Translations under genes and position numbers: made by a program | Source of the DNA: an uncultured Bacillota bacterium | GTDB lineage: Bacteria > Sysuimicrobiota > Sysuimicrobiia > Sysuimicrobiales > Segetimicrobiaceae | NCBI GenBank assembly: GCA_963804645.1 | Contig: CAWDRG010000009.1 | Coordinates: 192,001 to 256,000, forward strand | Direction of reading: 5' to 3' | Length of the DNA: 64,000 bases | Shown here: positions 51,819 to 61,563 of the stretch, in pieces | Position numbering within the stretch: the stretch's first letter is position 1 | Layout of the letters: every line of letters starts with the position of its first letter | Notes under the pieces: generated by a model | What the model was told of the DNA's origin: nothing | Databases searched by the model: none | The model's input: the letters and a program-made list of their open reading frames with translations, nothing else

Positions 51819-52139
51819 TTAGTCTCGCGTGCCCGCCCGCACGTGACGATCTTCCATTTCGCGCGGATCGACGGTGATCTCCAACGTCTCCGCCGCCGCC
51901 GCGTACTCGGGTGTCCATGACAGCTCCACCGCGAGGTGTCCCGCCGCCTTGTCCCTCTTCCCCTCGGCCTGGATCTCCACCGCCAACATCGCGGTCGGCG
52001 TCAGCTGGAGCGTCTCGCCGCCGGCCGACAGCCTGACGACGCCGCGGCGCAGCCCGTCCGCGATACGCACAAGACACTCGGCCGCCTGCGTCGCTTCGAG
52101 CGTGGCCGAGAACGCGAACTTGCGGGTGCGCTTACCCAT
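51819..52139 (-). CDS. amphi-Trp domain protein
   Basis: A..L..IADGL..G.V.L..G...L.L.P....VEI.A.......L.VELSW pattern. Confidence 0.85.
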   Translation of the reverse strand: MGKRTRKFAFSATLEATQAAECLVRIADGLRRGVVRLSAGGETLQLTPTAMLAVEIQAEGKRDKAAGHLAVELSWTPEYAAAAETLEITVDPREMEDRHVRAGTRD

Positions 52140-52178
52140 CGTCAAGCCTCCTTGGCTGTGCGAGCGGCGCGGCCGCCG

Positions 52179-52445
52179 TCAGGGCACGGTCGTCACGCTC
52201 AGCGGCAGACGCCAGCGCAGGTCGATCTGCATCGACCCTTCTTCGCTGCCTTCCTTCGCGCGGATCTCCAGTTGGATCACCTGACCGATGTGGTAGGCGT
52301 ACCGCCGGCCGCTCGACCGGATGACCAGCGTCCCGTGCATCAGGCCGAGCGAGAGCTGGTTCATCAACTCGGCCGCGTCGGTGTTCGGCAGCGACGTGGC
52401 CACCTTCAGCGGTTCTTGTACGCGCTCGCGAATCTTCGAGCTCAC
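52179..52445 (-). CDS. Second, divergent amphi-Trp-like protein
   Basis: AAELMNQLSLGLMHGTLVI...IQLEIRAKE....SMQIDLRW; GTGA-coupled to the PHP gene. Confidence 0.7.
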   Translation of the reverse strand: MSSKIRERVQEPLKVATSLPNTDAAELMNQLSLGLMHGTLVIRSSGRRYAYHIGQVIQLEIRAKEGSEEGSMQIDLRWRLPLSVTTVP

Positions 52446-53254
52446 TGCGCACGCCCCGCCATTTCGGACACCGGTACCTCCGTGACCGGGAGATCGCGAT
52501 AGGCGGCGCGGGCCGCTCTCGCCTTGGCGATGCGCTTGTACGCCCCGCTGATCTGCACCGCGATCGGTCCGTAACTCTGGCTCTCGACCGCGGCGCGGCC
52601 CGTACGGATCTCCGAAGCCACTGAAGTCTGCGTGAGCTCGTCGACCGCCAGCACCGTCGCCTTGATGCCGACCTGCGCCCAGAAATGGGCGTCGCTTCCA
52701 CCCACGACGGGCACGCGCAGCTTCGCGGCCACCGTCCGCACCCGATCGTCCGACACAAAATCCTTGCCGTTCAGTTCCAGCGCGTCGAGCGCGCCGAGCT
52801 TGTCTTTGCCCACCTTCGCCAGCTCCTTGCCGGGCCGGACCATGTGCGCGCCGATCACGAACGCCCCGACCGCGTGGGCCACCGCGACCGCCTCGGCAAA
52901 CGGAGGCCGGTACCCGTGCGTGGCAGGCTTCGTCAGCGCCCCGTCCAGTTCCCGTAACTGGCCGACGGTCGCCAACACGATCAGGTCGCATCCCTGTGCG
53001 ATGCTCAGCTCCGCGCCCGACAGAAGCCGGAATCCATCCAGCCCCTCGTACGCCCCCGCCGCCTCACTGTATCGAAACTCGCGCCCCAAGCAGTCGTGGA
53101 TTTCCCAATACTGCACCGCGTGCATATGCTCGACGAGTGCCAACCCGTCCAGCCCGAGGCGCCGCGCTTGGGCAACGAACTGGTGTACCGTTCTGATTGC
53201 GAAGGGGAACGTCTTCGAGAGCTTAGCGTGGGTGTGCAGGTCGATGCGCTTCAC
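52442..53254 (-). CDS. PHP-family metal-dependent phosphoesterase
   Basis: DLHTH, EH, GAE, AH, GGSDAH; GAGGAG RBS with GTG start. Confidence 0.88.
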   Translation of the reverse strand: MKRIDLHTHAKLSKTFPFAIRTVHQFVAQARRLGLDGLALVEHMHAVQYWEIHDCLGREFRYSEAAGAYEGLDGFRLLSGAELSIAQGCDLIVLATVGQLRELDGALTKPATHGYRPPFAEAVAVAHAVGAFVIGAHMVRPGKELAKVGKDKLGALDALELNGKDFVSDDRVRTVAAKLRVPVVGGSDAHFWAQVGIKATVLAVDELTQTSVASEIRTGRAAVESQSYGPIAVQISGAYKRIAKARAARAAYRDLPVTEVPVSEMAGRAQ

Positions 53255-53383
53255 GGCCTCGTCTCCTCGATGTCGGCTGCGAATATGCGGCAACTGTTGG
53301 CAGACCCGGACGGGTTTCCAACCCGCCAGGGCCGTTCAAGTGTTCGCCACGAACGTACCAGCCCACCTTCATCTCTCAATAAC

Positions 53384-53460
53384 ACTCTAGGCGCTGGTAC
53401 TTAAACAAAAGTGAAGACTTTCGTAATGGGAGGCAAAGATAACGTTAATACACGGTTAAG
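53384..53460 (-). promoter_or_regulatory. Putative Pho-box array (6 x 11 bp) plus -10 element for the PHP-GAK operon
   Basis: Coding strand CTTAAC, ATTAAC, CTTTGC, ATTACG, CTTCAC, TTTAAG at exact 11-bp period, then TAGAGT (53389-53384). Confidence 0.72.
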
Positions 53461-53647
53461 GGCATTCCGAAGAAGAACCTTCCGCGGCGGGTCTCGGGGA
53501 CCCCGGGCGTCCACAAGTCATCCGGGGATGCCGATCGCGGCGACCCCGGATGACTCGTGCCGGGAAGCGGGGCTCCGAGCGGAGGCGCGTCCTTACAGCG
53601 ACGCCGATCTTGCCGCCGACCGCTGGGATTCCGCTGGCGATCTCCCC

Positions 53648-54884
53648 CTATTTCTTCGCGAGCAGCGTATCGATCTGCTGTGCCATCGCATCCGCCGCCT
53701 GCTGGGGCGACAGCTCACCGACCAGAATCTTCTGCCCGTTCGTGATGATCACGGTCTGGATGCCGGCCCAGTCTCCGACGGTCGGCAGTGCTCTTCGCGT
53801 CCTTCAGCGCCTGACCGAAGATGGCGTACTCCGGGTTGTTCCACGGCGGCGCCTTGTACACGGACAACCGGGCCGGGGTGCGGTTCATGATCTTCCCCAT
53901 GTTCTCCGGCCTGGCGAGCCACTGGAGAAACACGCGAGCCGCGGCCACGTTCTGCGCGCCGACCGGCACGCCCATCGCCCAGCCTCCGGAGACGTTGACC
54001 TTGTCGGGGGAGAGCACCATCCCCCACCTGAGGTCCTTGTGCTGCGAGAACTCGTCGAACGCGGTCGACGTGCTCGTGAGCATCCCGACCTTGTTCGCCT
54101 CAAACAGGGGGATGACGTCCCGGGTCGTCGTGAAGTTCGGGGTGCCGTCCGGCACGACGTGGTACTTCGTGTAGAGGTCTGACCAGAACGTCAGGCCCGC
54201 GACGCTCTTTGGGGAGTTGATCGTCGCTTTGGTGCCGTCCGCACTGAGGAAATCCCCGCCGTTCGCCCAGATCATCGCGGCGAGGAGGCCCATGACGTTG
54301 GACGGGTCGCTCAGGTCCGCGGCGATCCCGATCCCGAACTGCCCCGGAATCGTCAGCTTGCGCGCGATCTGCAGCATCTCGGGGTACGTCCAGTTGTCGG
54401 TGGGATACGGCACCCCCGCCTTGTCGAAGACGGTCTTGTTGTAGTAGAAGACGTAGGACGCCGCCCGGTTCGGGATCGCGTACTGGTGACCGTTGTAGCG
54501 GCTGGAGGCCCACACCCCCGGGGAGTAGTCCTTGACGTCCAGCGTCTTCGCGACGTCGTCGAGCGGCTGCAGGAGGCCCTTGGCGGAGACCGTCGACGCC
54601 CACGAGACGTCGAGGTCGATCACGTCCGGCGGGGTGCCGCCGAGCGCGGACGCGCTGAACTTGTCGAGGTATCCGTTGATCGGCAGCGGTTCGATCTTGA
54701 GCGTGATCCCCGGATAATCTTTCGCCCACAGCTGCATGGCGATCGGGACCTGCGTGTCCCACCAGCTCCCGACCCACACGGTCACCGTCCCGCCCGCCGT
54801 GGCGGCGAACGTCGACACGTTCATGGTGAGCACTCCCACCAGCGCGAGCAGCAGGGCAATACGACGCAGCGGTGCGGTGCGCAT
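53648..54884 (-). pseudogene. Carbohydrate-type ABC substrate-binding protein (family 1), frameshift near 53792, orphan
   Basis: Signal peptide, PPDV, YNKTVFDKAGV.YP..W; C-terminus ALPTVGDWAGIQ...SPQQAADAMAQQIDTLLAKK lies in another frame. Confidence 0.82.
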
Positions 54885-55257
54885 ACGCGGTCTCCTCTCG
54901 AATCAGCGCCGGACGGTCGCCGCGCGGACGGCGTGCCTCCGCGTCGCGGCGTGCGGCAGCGGTCCAGTGTTGTTCGAGTTCCGGGGTCCCGTGTCCTATC
55001 GACGCGCGCAGACGCCCCGCGCACCCCGTCGGCGTCCCGCATCGCCGAAGGGCCCGGCCCCGCCACACGCGAAATGGCCTACGGCCAGCGCGCCGCCGCC
55101 GCGCGGGCCCTGGGCACCCGGGTTCGTGCGCAGGCCGGACTCAGCGGACGACTCTTGCGCCACGGAGGGAATGGATGACAGTAGTGCAGACGCCGCGCGA
55201 CCCCGGGAGGTCCCCGTGACTCCCAGCCCCGTGTCGGGATGCGACACCGCCGTAAAC

Positions 55258-56112
55258 ATGAGCTTCGTGCAGCTCGGGGCGTTCAAGATCGTGGTGCTCG
55301 GGATCGTGCAGGGCATCACGGAGCTGCTGCCGATCAGCAGCACCGCCCATCTCCGCATCATCCCGGCGCTGCTCCACTGGCCCGATCCGGGCGCCGCGTT
55401 TTCCGCCGCGATGCAGCTCGCGAGCCTCGCGGCGGTCGTCGCGTTCTTCGAGCGGGACATCGTCATGATCACGCGGCAGTCGCTGACGGCCCTGCGCACC
55501 GGCGACACCCGCGACCACTCGTTCCGGATGGCCGTGGGGTTCGTGCTCGCGACGATCCCGATCGGCATCGCAGGGCTGGCGCTGCGCCGCGTGCTCAACG
55601 CGTGCGACTCGCCGCTGCGCAGCATCGCCGTGATCGGGTGGGCCTGCATCGTGATGGGCGCGCTGCTCGCCCTCGCCGAGATCTACGGGCAGCACGGACG
55701 CGGGGGCAAGCGCCGCTGGGACGAGCTCACGATTCGGGACTGCCTGTACGTGGGCGTCGCGCAGGCGTTTTCGCTGGTGCCCGGCGTGTCCCGGTCCGGG
55801 TCGACGCTGACTGCCGCGCTGGGGCTCGACATCGAGCGCGCCACGGCCGCCCGGTTCTCATTCCTGCTCGGCGTGCCGGCGATCGTGCTGGCCGGGCTGT
55901 TCGAGCTGTGGATCCTCCATAAGGCCGGTCTGACCGCCCACGGATGGGAGCTGCTCGCGATCGGCCTCATCGCCGGGAGCGCCGCGTCGTACCTGGCGAT
56001 CCGGTGGCTGCTGCGCTACCTCGAGCACCACACCGCGTGGGTCTTCGCATGGTACCGGGTCGCGCTCGGGGTGGTGCTCCTGCTGGGCGCCGGCGCCGGG
56101 TGGTTGCGGTAG
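55258..56112 (+). CDS. uppP: Undecaprenyl-diphosphate phosphatase
   Basis: GIVQGITELLPISSTAH, PGVSRSGST, AARFSFLL. Confidence 0.93.
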   Translation: MSFVQLGAFKIVVLGIVQGITELLPISSTAHLRIIPALLHWPDPGAAFSAAMQLASLAAVVAFFERDIVMITRQSLTALRTGDTRDHSFRMAVGFVLATIPIGIAGLALRRVLNACDSPLRSIAVIGWACIVMGALLALAEIYGQHGRGGKRRWDELTIRDCLYVGVAQAFSLVPGVSRSGSTLTAALGLDIERATAARFSFLLGVPAIVLAGLFELWILHKAGLTAHGWELLAIGLIAGSAASYLAIRWLLRYLEHHTAWVFAWYRVALGVVLLLGAGAGWLR

Positions 56113-56279
56113 CCTCGGGAGATCCCGCTGAGTCGTGAGCGCGCGCTGCTCCGCGCGCATCATCCGAACAGCCGCGCGAGGCACACGCGCAGAAGCATGC
56201 GAGTCCGGGGAACGCCGCGGGGCCGGACGGGACAGTATCCGTGCGGGCGAGGTGCGCGGCCCGACGTGCCGGACCGTGC

Positions 56280-56939
56280 CTAGACGTTCAGTTCCTTGAG
56301 CGTGCCGGTCACCATGTAGATGACGCGCTCGGCGATGTTGGTCGCGTGGTCGCCCATGCGCTCCACCGCCTGCGCCGCCATCAACAGATGAGTCGCGCGC
56401 TCAATGCTCCTGGGATCCTCGATCATGTAGGTCAGCAACTCGCGGAACACCTGGCTGTAGAGGTGATCGACGTCGTCGTCCCGGGCCGCCATCCGCGCGG
56501 CCAGCCCAACGTCGTGGCGCACAAACGCATCGAGGCCGTCCCGCAGCATCTCGCGGACGATCTCTGACATCCGCGGGATGTCAATCAGCGGCTTGAGCAG
56601 CGGCTCAGAGGCGATGCGCAGCACCATGCGGGCGATGTCCTCGGAGTGGTCCGCGATGCGCTCCAGGTCGATCGTCATCGCCCAGATCGAGGCGATCGTC
56701 CGGAGGTCCTTCGCCATCGGCTGCTGGGTCGCCATCAGGCGCACGCACCGTTCCTCGAGCTCGAGGTGCAGGGCGTCGATGACGTTGTCGGAGGCGACGA
56801 TCTCTTGGGCGAGCACCGTGCTGCGCGCCCGCAGCGCGTCGATCGACCGGCGCACCGAGTCCTCGACCAGGGTGCCCATGCGCAGGAGGTCGTCGCTGAG
56901 CTGCCGCAGATCCTGATCAAACGACTCACGCGTCGGCAT
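56280..56939 (-). CDS. phoU: Phosphate signalling protein PhoU
   Basis: QQPMAKDLR, DLERIADH, LKPLIDIP, DDDVD, ERMGDHATNIAE. Confidence 0.95.
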   Translation of the reverse strand: MPTRESFDQDLRQLSDDLLRMGTLVEDSVRRSIDALRARSTVLAQEIVASDNVIDALHLELEERCVRLMATQQPMAKDLRTIASIWAMTIDLERIADHSEDIARMVLRIASEPLLKPLIDIPRMSEIVREMLRDGLDAFVRHDVGLAARMAARDDDVDHLYSQVFRELLTYMIEDPRSIERATHLLMAAQAVERMGDHATNIAERVIYMVTGTLKELNV

Positions 56940-57025
56940 ATTAGCCCTCTGTTTTTCGCGCACGGCGCAACAGATCCTGCCCTTGGGCCGCGGAGGACCC
57001 AGACCGCGGGGGCCAGTCGGACCGA

Positions 57026-57856
57026 TCAGCCAAACCGGCCGGTGATGTAGTCCTCGGTGCGCTTGTCCTGCGGACGCGTGAACATCTCGGACGTCGGGCC
57101 CGATTCGACCAACTCGCCCGAGAGCATGAACGCGGTGGTGTCGGAGACACGGGCCGCCTGCTGCATGTTGTGCGTGACGATCACGACCGTCAGGGTTTCC
57201 CGCAGCGTCTTCGCCAGTTCCTCGATCTTCAGCGTCGAGATCGGGTCGAGGGCGGACGCCGGTTCGTCCATCAGCAGAACCTCCGGCTCCACCGCGAGCG
57301 CCCGTGCGATGCACAGCCGCTGCTGCTGCCCGCCGGACAGGCTGGTGCCCGCCTTCCCGAGCGAGTCCTTGACCTCGTTCCACAACGCGGCGCCGATCAG
57401 GCTGCGCTCGACGACCTCGTCGAGCCGCCGGCGGTCGCGAACGCCGGACAGCCGCAGGCCCGACACCACGTTGCCGTAGATCGACATCGTCGGGAACGGG
57501 TTGGGGCGCTGGAACACCATGCCGATCCGGCGCCGCACCGCCACGGGGTCGACGTTCGGCGCGTAAATGTCCTCGCTGTCCAGCATCACCTTGCCGTCGA
57601 CCCGAGCGCCCGGCACGACCTCGTGCATCCGGTTGAGACAGCGAAGAAAGGTGGACTTGCCGCACCCCGACGGGCCGATGATCGCCGTGATCCGGTTCGT
57701 CAGGATGCCGATCGACAGCGCCTTCACGGCGTGGTTCTTGCCGAAGTGGGCGTTTAGGCTCTCGATCTTGAGGCGTATCGTGGAGGTCCCGCCGGCTTCC
57801 GCCGAGGGCGCATACGCCGGAAGGACGCGACTCATGCTTGCTGATTCTACACCCAT
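57026..57856 (-). CDS. pstB: Phosphate ABC transporter ATP-binding protein
   Basis: [43 protein letters not shown]. Confidence 0.96.
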   Translation of the reverse strand: MGVESASMSRVLPAYAPSAEAGGTSTIRLKIESLNAHFGKNHAVKALSIGILTNRITAIIGPSGCGKSTFLRCLNRMHEVVPGARVDGKVMLDSEDIYAPNVDPVAVRRRIGMVFQRPNPFPTMSIYGNVVSGLRLSGVRDRRRLDEVVERSLIGAALWNEVKDSLGKAGTSLSGGQQQRLCIARALAVEPEVLLMDEPASALDPISTLKIEELAKTLRETLTVVIVTHNMQQAARVSDTTAFMLSGELVESGPTSEMFTRPQDKRTEDYITGRFG

Positions 57857-57862
57857 CGACCC

Positions 57863-58732
57863 TTACCTCCCCTTAGAGAATCGCTTGTGCGTGGCGACGC
57901 GTGCCGAGACGTTGAGCACGAGTGTCAGCGTCATCAAAAGTAGCGCGGCTCCCCACGCCTGGCGGTGCCAATCGCTATATGGCGCGATCGCATAGTTATA
58001 CAGCTGCACGGTCAGTGAGGCCATCGGCTGATCCAAACGCAGAGACCAGAACTGGTTGTTGAACGCTGTGAACAGGAGCGGCGCCGTCTCGCCTCCGATG
58101 CGGGCAACGGCGAGCATGACGCCTGTGATGACGCCGGCCATCGCACTGGGCAGGGTCACGCGCAGCGTGGTGACCCACCACGGGATGCCGAGCGCGAGCG
58201 AAGCTTCACGCAGTGACTGGGGAACGAGCCGCACCATCTCCTCCGTCGTTCGCATCACGATTGGAATCATCATCAGCCCGAGCGCGATCCCGCCGGCGTA
58301 GCCTGAGAAATGGTGCGTCGGTATGACGATCAGCGTGTACACGAACACGCCGATCACGATGCTCGGGACGCCGTTCAGGACATCCGCGGTAAACCGGATC
58401 CACCACCCGAGCTTGCCGTGGCCCGCGAGCTCGGAGAGAAACAGACCCCCCAGGATCCCAACCGGGATCCCGACACAGGAGCCGAGCACCATCAGGATCA
58501 GGGTGCCGACAAGCGCGTTCGCCATGCCCCCACCGAGCTCACCGGTCGGAGCGGGCGTCTGCGTGAAGAACGCCCAGTTGAGGGAGGTCGCACCCTGCAG
58601 GATGACGTATCCGAGGACGCTCGCCAGGGGTGCGATCGCGATGAGCACCGCGACAAAGCAGAGCGACGTCATCACGACGTCGACGATCCGACGTCGCCGA
58701 ATTTCCGCTGTCGGGAGCGCGATGGTGCTCAT
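57863..58732 (-). CDS. pstA: Phosphate ABC transporter permease PstA
   Basis: GVPSIVIG, LREASLALG, ARIGGETAPLL. Confidence 0.95.
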   Translation of the reverse strand: MSTIALPTAEIRRRRIVDVVMTSLCFVAVLIAIAPLASVLGYVILQGATSLNWAFFTQTPAPTGELGGGMANALVGTLILMVLGSCVGIPVGILGGLFLSELAGHGKLGWWIRFTADVLNGVPSIVIGVFVYTLIVIPTHHFSGYAGGIALGLMMIPIVMRTTEEMVRLVPQSLREASLALGIPWWVTTLRVTLPSAMAGVITGVMLAVARIGGETAPLLFTAFNNQFWSLRLDQPMASLTVQLYNYAIAPYSDWHRQAWGAALLLMTLTLVLNVSARVATHKRFSKGR

Positions 58733-59721
58733 ATCAACCCCACCGGCCGTGCGACATGGGACACGAGCCAGCGCGCGGCCGCGTTCACGATGAGCGACAC
58801 GATGAACAACACCAGGGCCATCTCGATGAGCGAGGACAGGTAGAGATCGGTCGTCGCCTCGGAGAATTCGTTTGCGAGGGCGGCGGCGATTGTGTAGGCG
58901 GGCTGGAACAGGGACGCCGAGATCTGCGGCCGGTTGCCGATCACCATCGTCACGGCCATCGTCTCACCGAACGCGCGCCCGAGGCCGAGGATGATCGCCC
59001 CGATGATCCCGGTCCGTCCGAACGGCAGCACGGCGCGCCGGATCACTTCCCACCGTGTCGCACCGAGCGCGTACATCGCTTCGCGCTGGTCTTGCGGCAC
59101 GGCCCGCAACACGTCGCGCGACACCGACGAAATGATCGGGATCACCATGATCGCCAAGATGATGCCTGCGGCGAGCATGCCGATCCCATATGGCGGCCCG
59201 CTGAACAGCGGCGACCACCCGAACGCGGTTGAGAGCGCCGGCTCGACCGCAAACCGCACCCACGGTGCGAGCACGAAAATGCCCCACAGCCCTAGGATCA
59301 CGCTCGGGACCGCAGCCAAGAGTTCAACCACGAACGACAAGATCACCGACGTACCGGAGATCGAGAGTTCTGCCAGGTAGATGGCCACGCCGAGGCTGAT
59401 CGGGACGCCAATGATCAGCGCGATCGTCGACGAAACGATCGTGCCGTACACGAACGGTAGCGCCCCGAAGATACCATGGACCGGATCCCAGCGCGATGTC
59501 CACAAGAACGCGGGCCCGAACTTCTGAATCGCGATTTGAGAGGCAAGAACGAGATTCAGCGCGATCGCCGCCACGAACACAATGACGACGAGGCCGAACG
59601 CTGTGAGGACCCCCCGAAATAGGCCATCCGCCCAGCGGGCCCTGCCCCGGCGGTCGGCGCTCGCCCGGGGCGGCCCGCCGGTCTGACCCGCCTCCTGCTG
59701 GCGCACCGCTTGATCACCCAC
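58729..59721 (-). CDS. pstC: Phosphate ABC transporter permease PstC
   Basis: WDP, ELLAAVPSV, ALGATRWE, GRAFGETMAV. Confidence 0.95.
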   Translation of the reverse strand: MGDQAVRQQEAGQTGGPPRASADRRGRARWADGLFRGVLTAFGLVVIVFVAAIALNLVLASQIAIQKFGPAFLWTSRWDPVHGIFGALPFVYGTIVSSTIALIIGVPISLGVAIYLAELSISGTSVILSFVVELLAAVPSVILGLWGIFVLAPWVRFAVEPALSTAFGWSPLFSGPPYGIGMLAAGIILAIMVIPIISSVSRDVLRAVPQDQREAMYALGATRWEVIRRAVLPFGRTGIIGAIILGLGRAFGETMAVTMVIGNRPQISASLFQPAYTIAAALANEFSEATTDLYLSSLIEMALVLFIVSLIVNAAARWLVSHVARPVGLI

Positions 59722-59781
59722 TATCTGACCACTCCCTCGAACGGGGCGCAGCTACCGGGTGGCGCCCTCCCCGCTCATACC

Positions 59782-59847
59782 ACGATACCGGTCGGCGGCG
59801 AATCGCAGGTGACTGAAGTGTTATGCGATTATTAACGCCCCGTTAAA
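59782..59847 (-). promoter_or_regulatory. Putative Pho-box array (5 x 11 bp) plus -10 element for pstCAB-phoU
   Basis: Coding strand TTTAAC, GTTAAT, CATAAC, AGTCAC, ATTCGC at 11-bp period, then TATCGT (59787-59782). Confidence 0.72.
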
Positions 59848-59890
59848 GCAACTCCGAACGGCTCATTTCACCGCTCGTGGAGTATCGTGC

Positions 59891-60034
59891 TCAGATGCCG
59901 ACAAGCCGCACGAAAAGAAACGCCGCCACGACGACGCAGCCCAGCCACAGCGCCACGATCGCCGCAATCCGAAGGTCAACCGGCCAATCTTCCGGCTGTA
60001 AAAACGTCGGATCGTGATCGTCGTCGTCCTGCAT
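59891..60034 (-). CDS. Putative 47-aa single-TM small protein
   Basis: GGGAGGG RBS; MQDDDDHDPTFLQPEDWPVDLRIAAIVALWLGCVVVAAFLFVRLVGI. Confidence 0.55.
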   Translation of the reverse strand: MQDDDDHDPTFLQPEDWPVDLRIAAIVALWLGCVVVAAFLFVRLVGI

Positions 60035-60166
60035 CGGCGCCCTCCCAGCAGCGGCACCCGCGTACCCCGATCCGGCGGTGGGACGAGTCTATGCATCCGC
60101 AGTTAATCTTGATCGTCGCGCACCGGCAAGAATATGTTAAGAGACGCGCAAGAATTGCGCATGCCG

Positions 60167-61561
60167 TCATACCGAGGACCGAACCGGGGTTCGCGGGATC
60201 AGCAGGGTAAACTGGCTCCCGCGCCCCTCGGTGCTCTGCACCTCGACCCGTCCTCCGTGCGACGTCACGATGTGTTTCACGATGCTCAGACCGAGCCCGG
60301 TGCCCCCGAGCAACCGGGACCGGGACGGGTCGACCCGATAGAACCGTTCGAAGATTCGGGGCAGATGCTCAGGCGCGATGCCCAAACCGGTGTCGGCCAC
60401 GGTCACCGCCACGAGATCGCCCTCGACGCGGGCGGAGAGGCGCACCACGCCACCCGCCGGCGTGTACTTGAGCGCGTTGTCGACCAGGTTGACGAACGCC
60501 TGCACGAGCCGCGCCTCGTCGCCCCAGACGTCCGGGAGATCGTCGAGCGCGTCGATGCGCAGCTCGACCTGGCGCTGCTCGGCCACGGGCCGGAATTTCG
60601 TGGTCACGTCGCGCGCGACGACCCCGAGCGCGACCGGCGTCATCTCCATCTTGGCGCTCCCGGACTCGATCGCCGACAGATCGAGAAGATCGTTCACCAG
60701 CAGCGTCAGCCGGTCGATCTCGGAGACGATGCGGCCCAGAAAGCGCGGCCCGGCGTCCCGATCGCGCAGCGCGCCGTCGAGCAGGGTCTCCGCGAGGGCC
60801 CGGAGCGAGGCGAGCGGCGTGCGGAGCTCATGGGACACGTTCGCGATGAACTCCTGGCGGATCAGGTCGGTGCGGCGCAGATCCGTGATGTCCTGGACGG
60901 CAACCACCGTGCCCGCAAACTCTCCATGCCCGCCCCAGACCGGGTTCGCCTGGACCCTGAGCGCCCTCCGCTGCGGCTGATGCACCTCGAGCTCCCGGGC
61001 CAGCGGGACGCGCTCGCGATCGGCCTGGCGAACCAGCGTGTCCAGCTCGAAATGATGCACGACCTCGATCAGTCGGCGCCCCATCGCGAACTGTGCTTCG
61101 ACACCGAAGATGCGCTCGGCGGCGGGATTGACCAGCACCAGCGTCCCGGCGGCATCGAGGATCAGCAGCCCGTCGCTCATGTGTGCCATCACCGCTTCAA
61201 GCGTGCCCTTCCCGCGATCGAGGTCCCCGATCGTCCGGCCGGACTGCGCGACCATCGCGTTGAACGCGGCGATCGTCTCACGCACCTCGACGAACGACTC
61301 CTCGCGGACGGGCCGCAGCCTCCCGTCTGCACTGGCGGCGGCGGCGGCCGCGATCTCGCGAAGCGGGCGGCGGAGCCCCGAGGCAGCGCGCGCGCTGAGC
61401 ACGTACGCGAAGGCGGCCGCGATTACGATCGTCCCGGCCGCCCACAGGGCCATGTTCCGCCCCACCGGCCAGCCGAGCACGATCAGCAAGGTCCCGGCGG
61501 CGACCACGGTAATCCCGATCTCAAGCGCAAGCAGGCGCGCGAGGCCGGGCCGGAGCCGCAT
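60167..61561 (-). CDS. phoR: PhoR-like sensor histidine kinase (TM, HAMP-like, PAS, HisKA, HATPase)
   Basis: FIANVSHELRTPL, NLVDNALKYT, DTGLGI, FERFYRVD.SRS...GGTGLGL; pst context. Confidence 0.9.
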   Translation of the reverse strand: MRLRPGLARLLALEIGITVVAAGTLLIVLGWPVGRNMALWAAGTIVIAAAFAYVLSARAASGLRRPLREIAAAAAASADGRLRPVREESFVEVRETIAAFNAMVAQSGRTIGDLDRGKGTLEAVMAHMSDGLLILDAAGTLVLVNPAAERIFGVEAQFAMGRRLIEVVHHFELDTLVRQADRERVPLARELEVHQPQRRALRVQANPVWGGHGEFAGTVVAVQDITDLRRTDLIRQEFIANVSHELRTPLASLRALAETLLDGALRDRDAGPRFLGRIVSEIDRLTLLVNDLLDLSAIESGSAKMEMTPVALGVVARDVTTKFRPVAEQRQVELRIDALDDLPDVWGDEARLVQAFVNLVDNALKYTPAGGVVRLSARVEGDLVAVTVADTGLGIAPEHLPRIFERFYRVDPSRSRLLGGTGLGLSIVKHIVTSHGGRVEVQSTEGRGSQFTLLIPRTPVRSSV

Positions 61562-61563
61562 GC

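Noticed and set aside
53480..53570. GC-rich hairpins between the SBP gene and the Pho-like array as a riboswitch or ncRNA
   Set aside because: No known aptamer consensus; more simply the terminator region of the SBP gene
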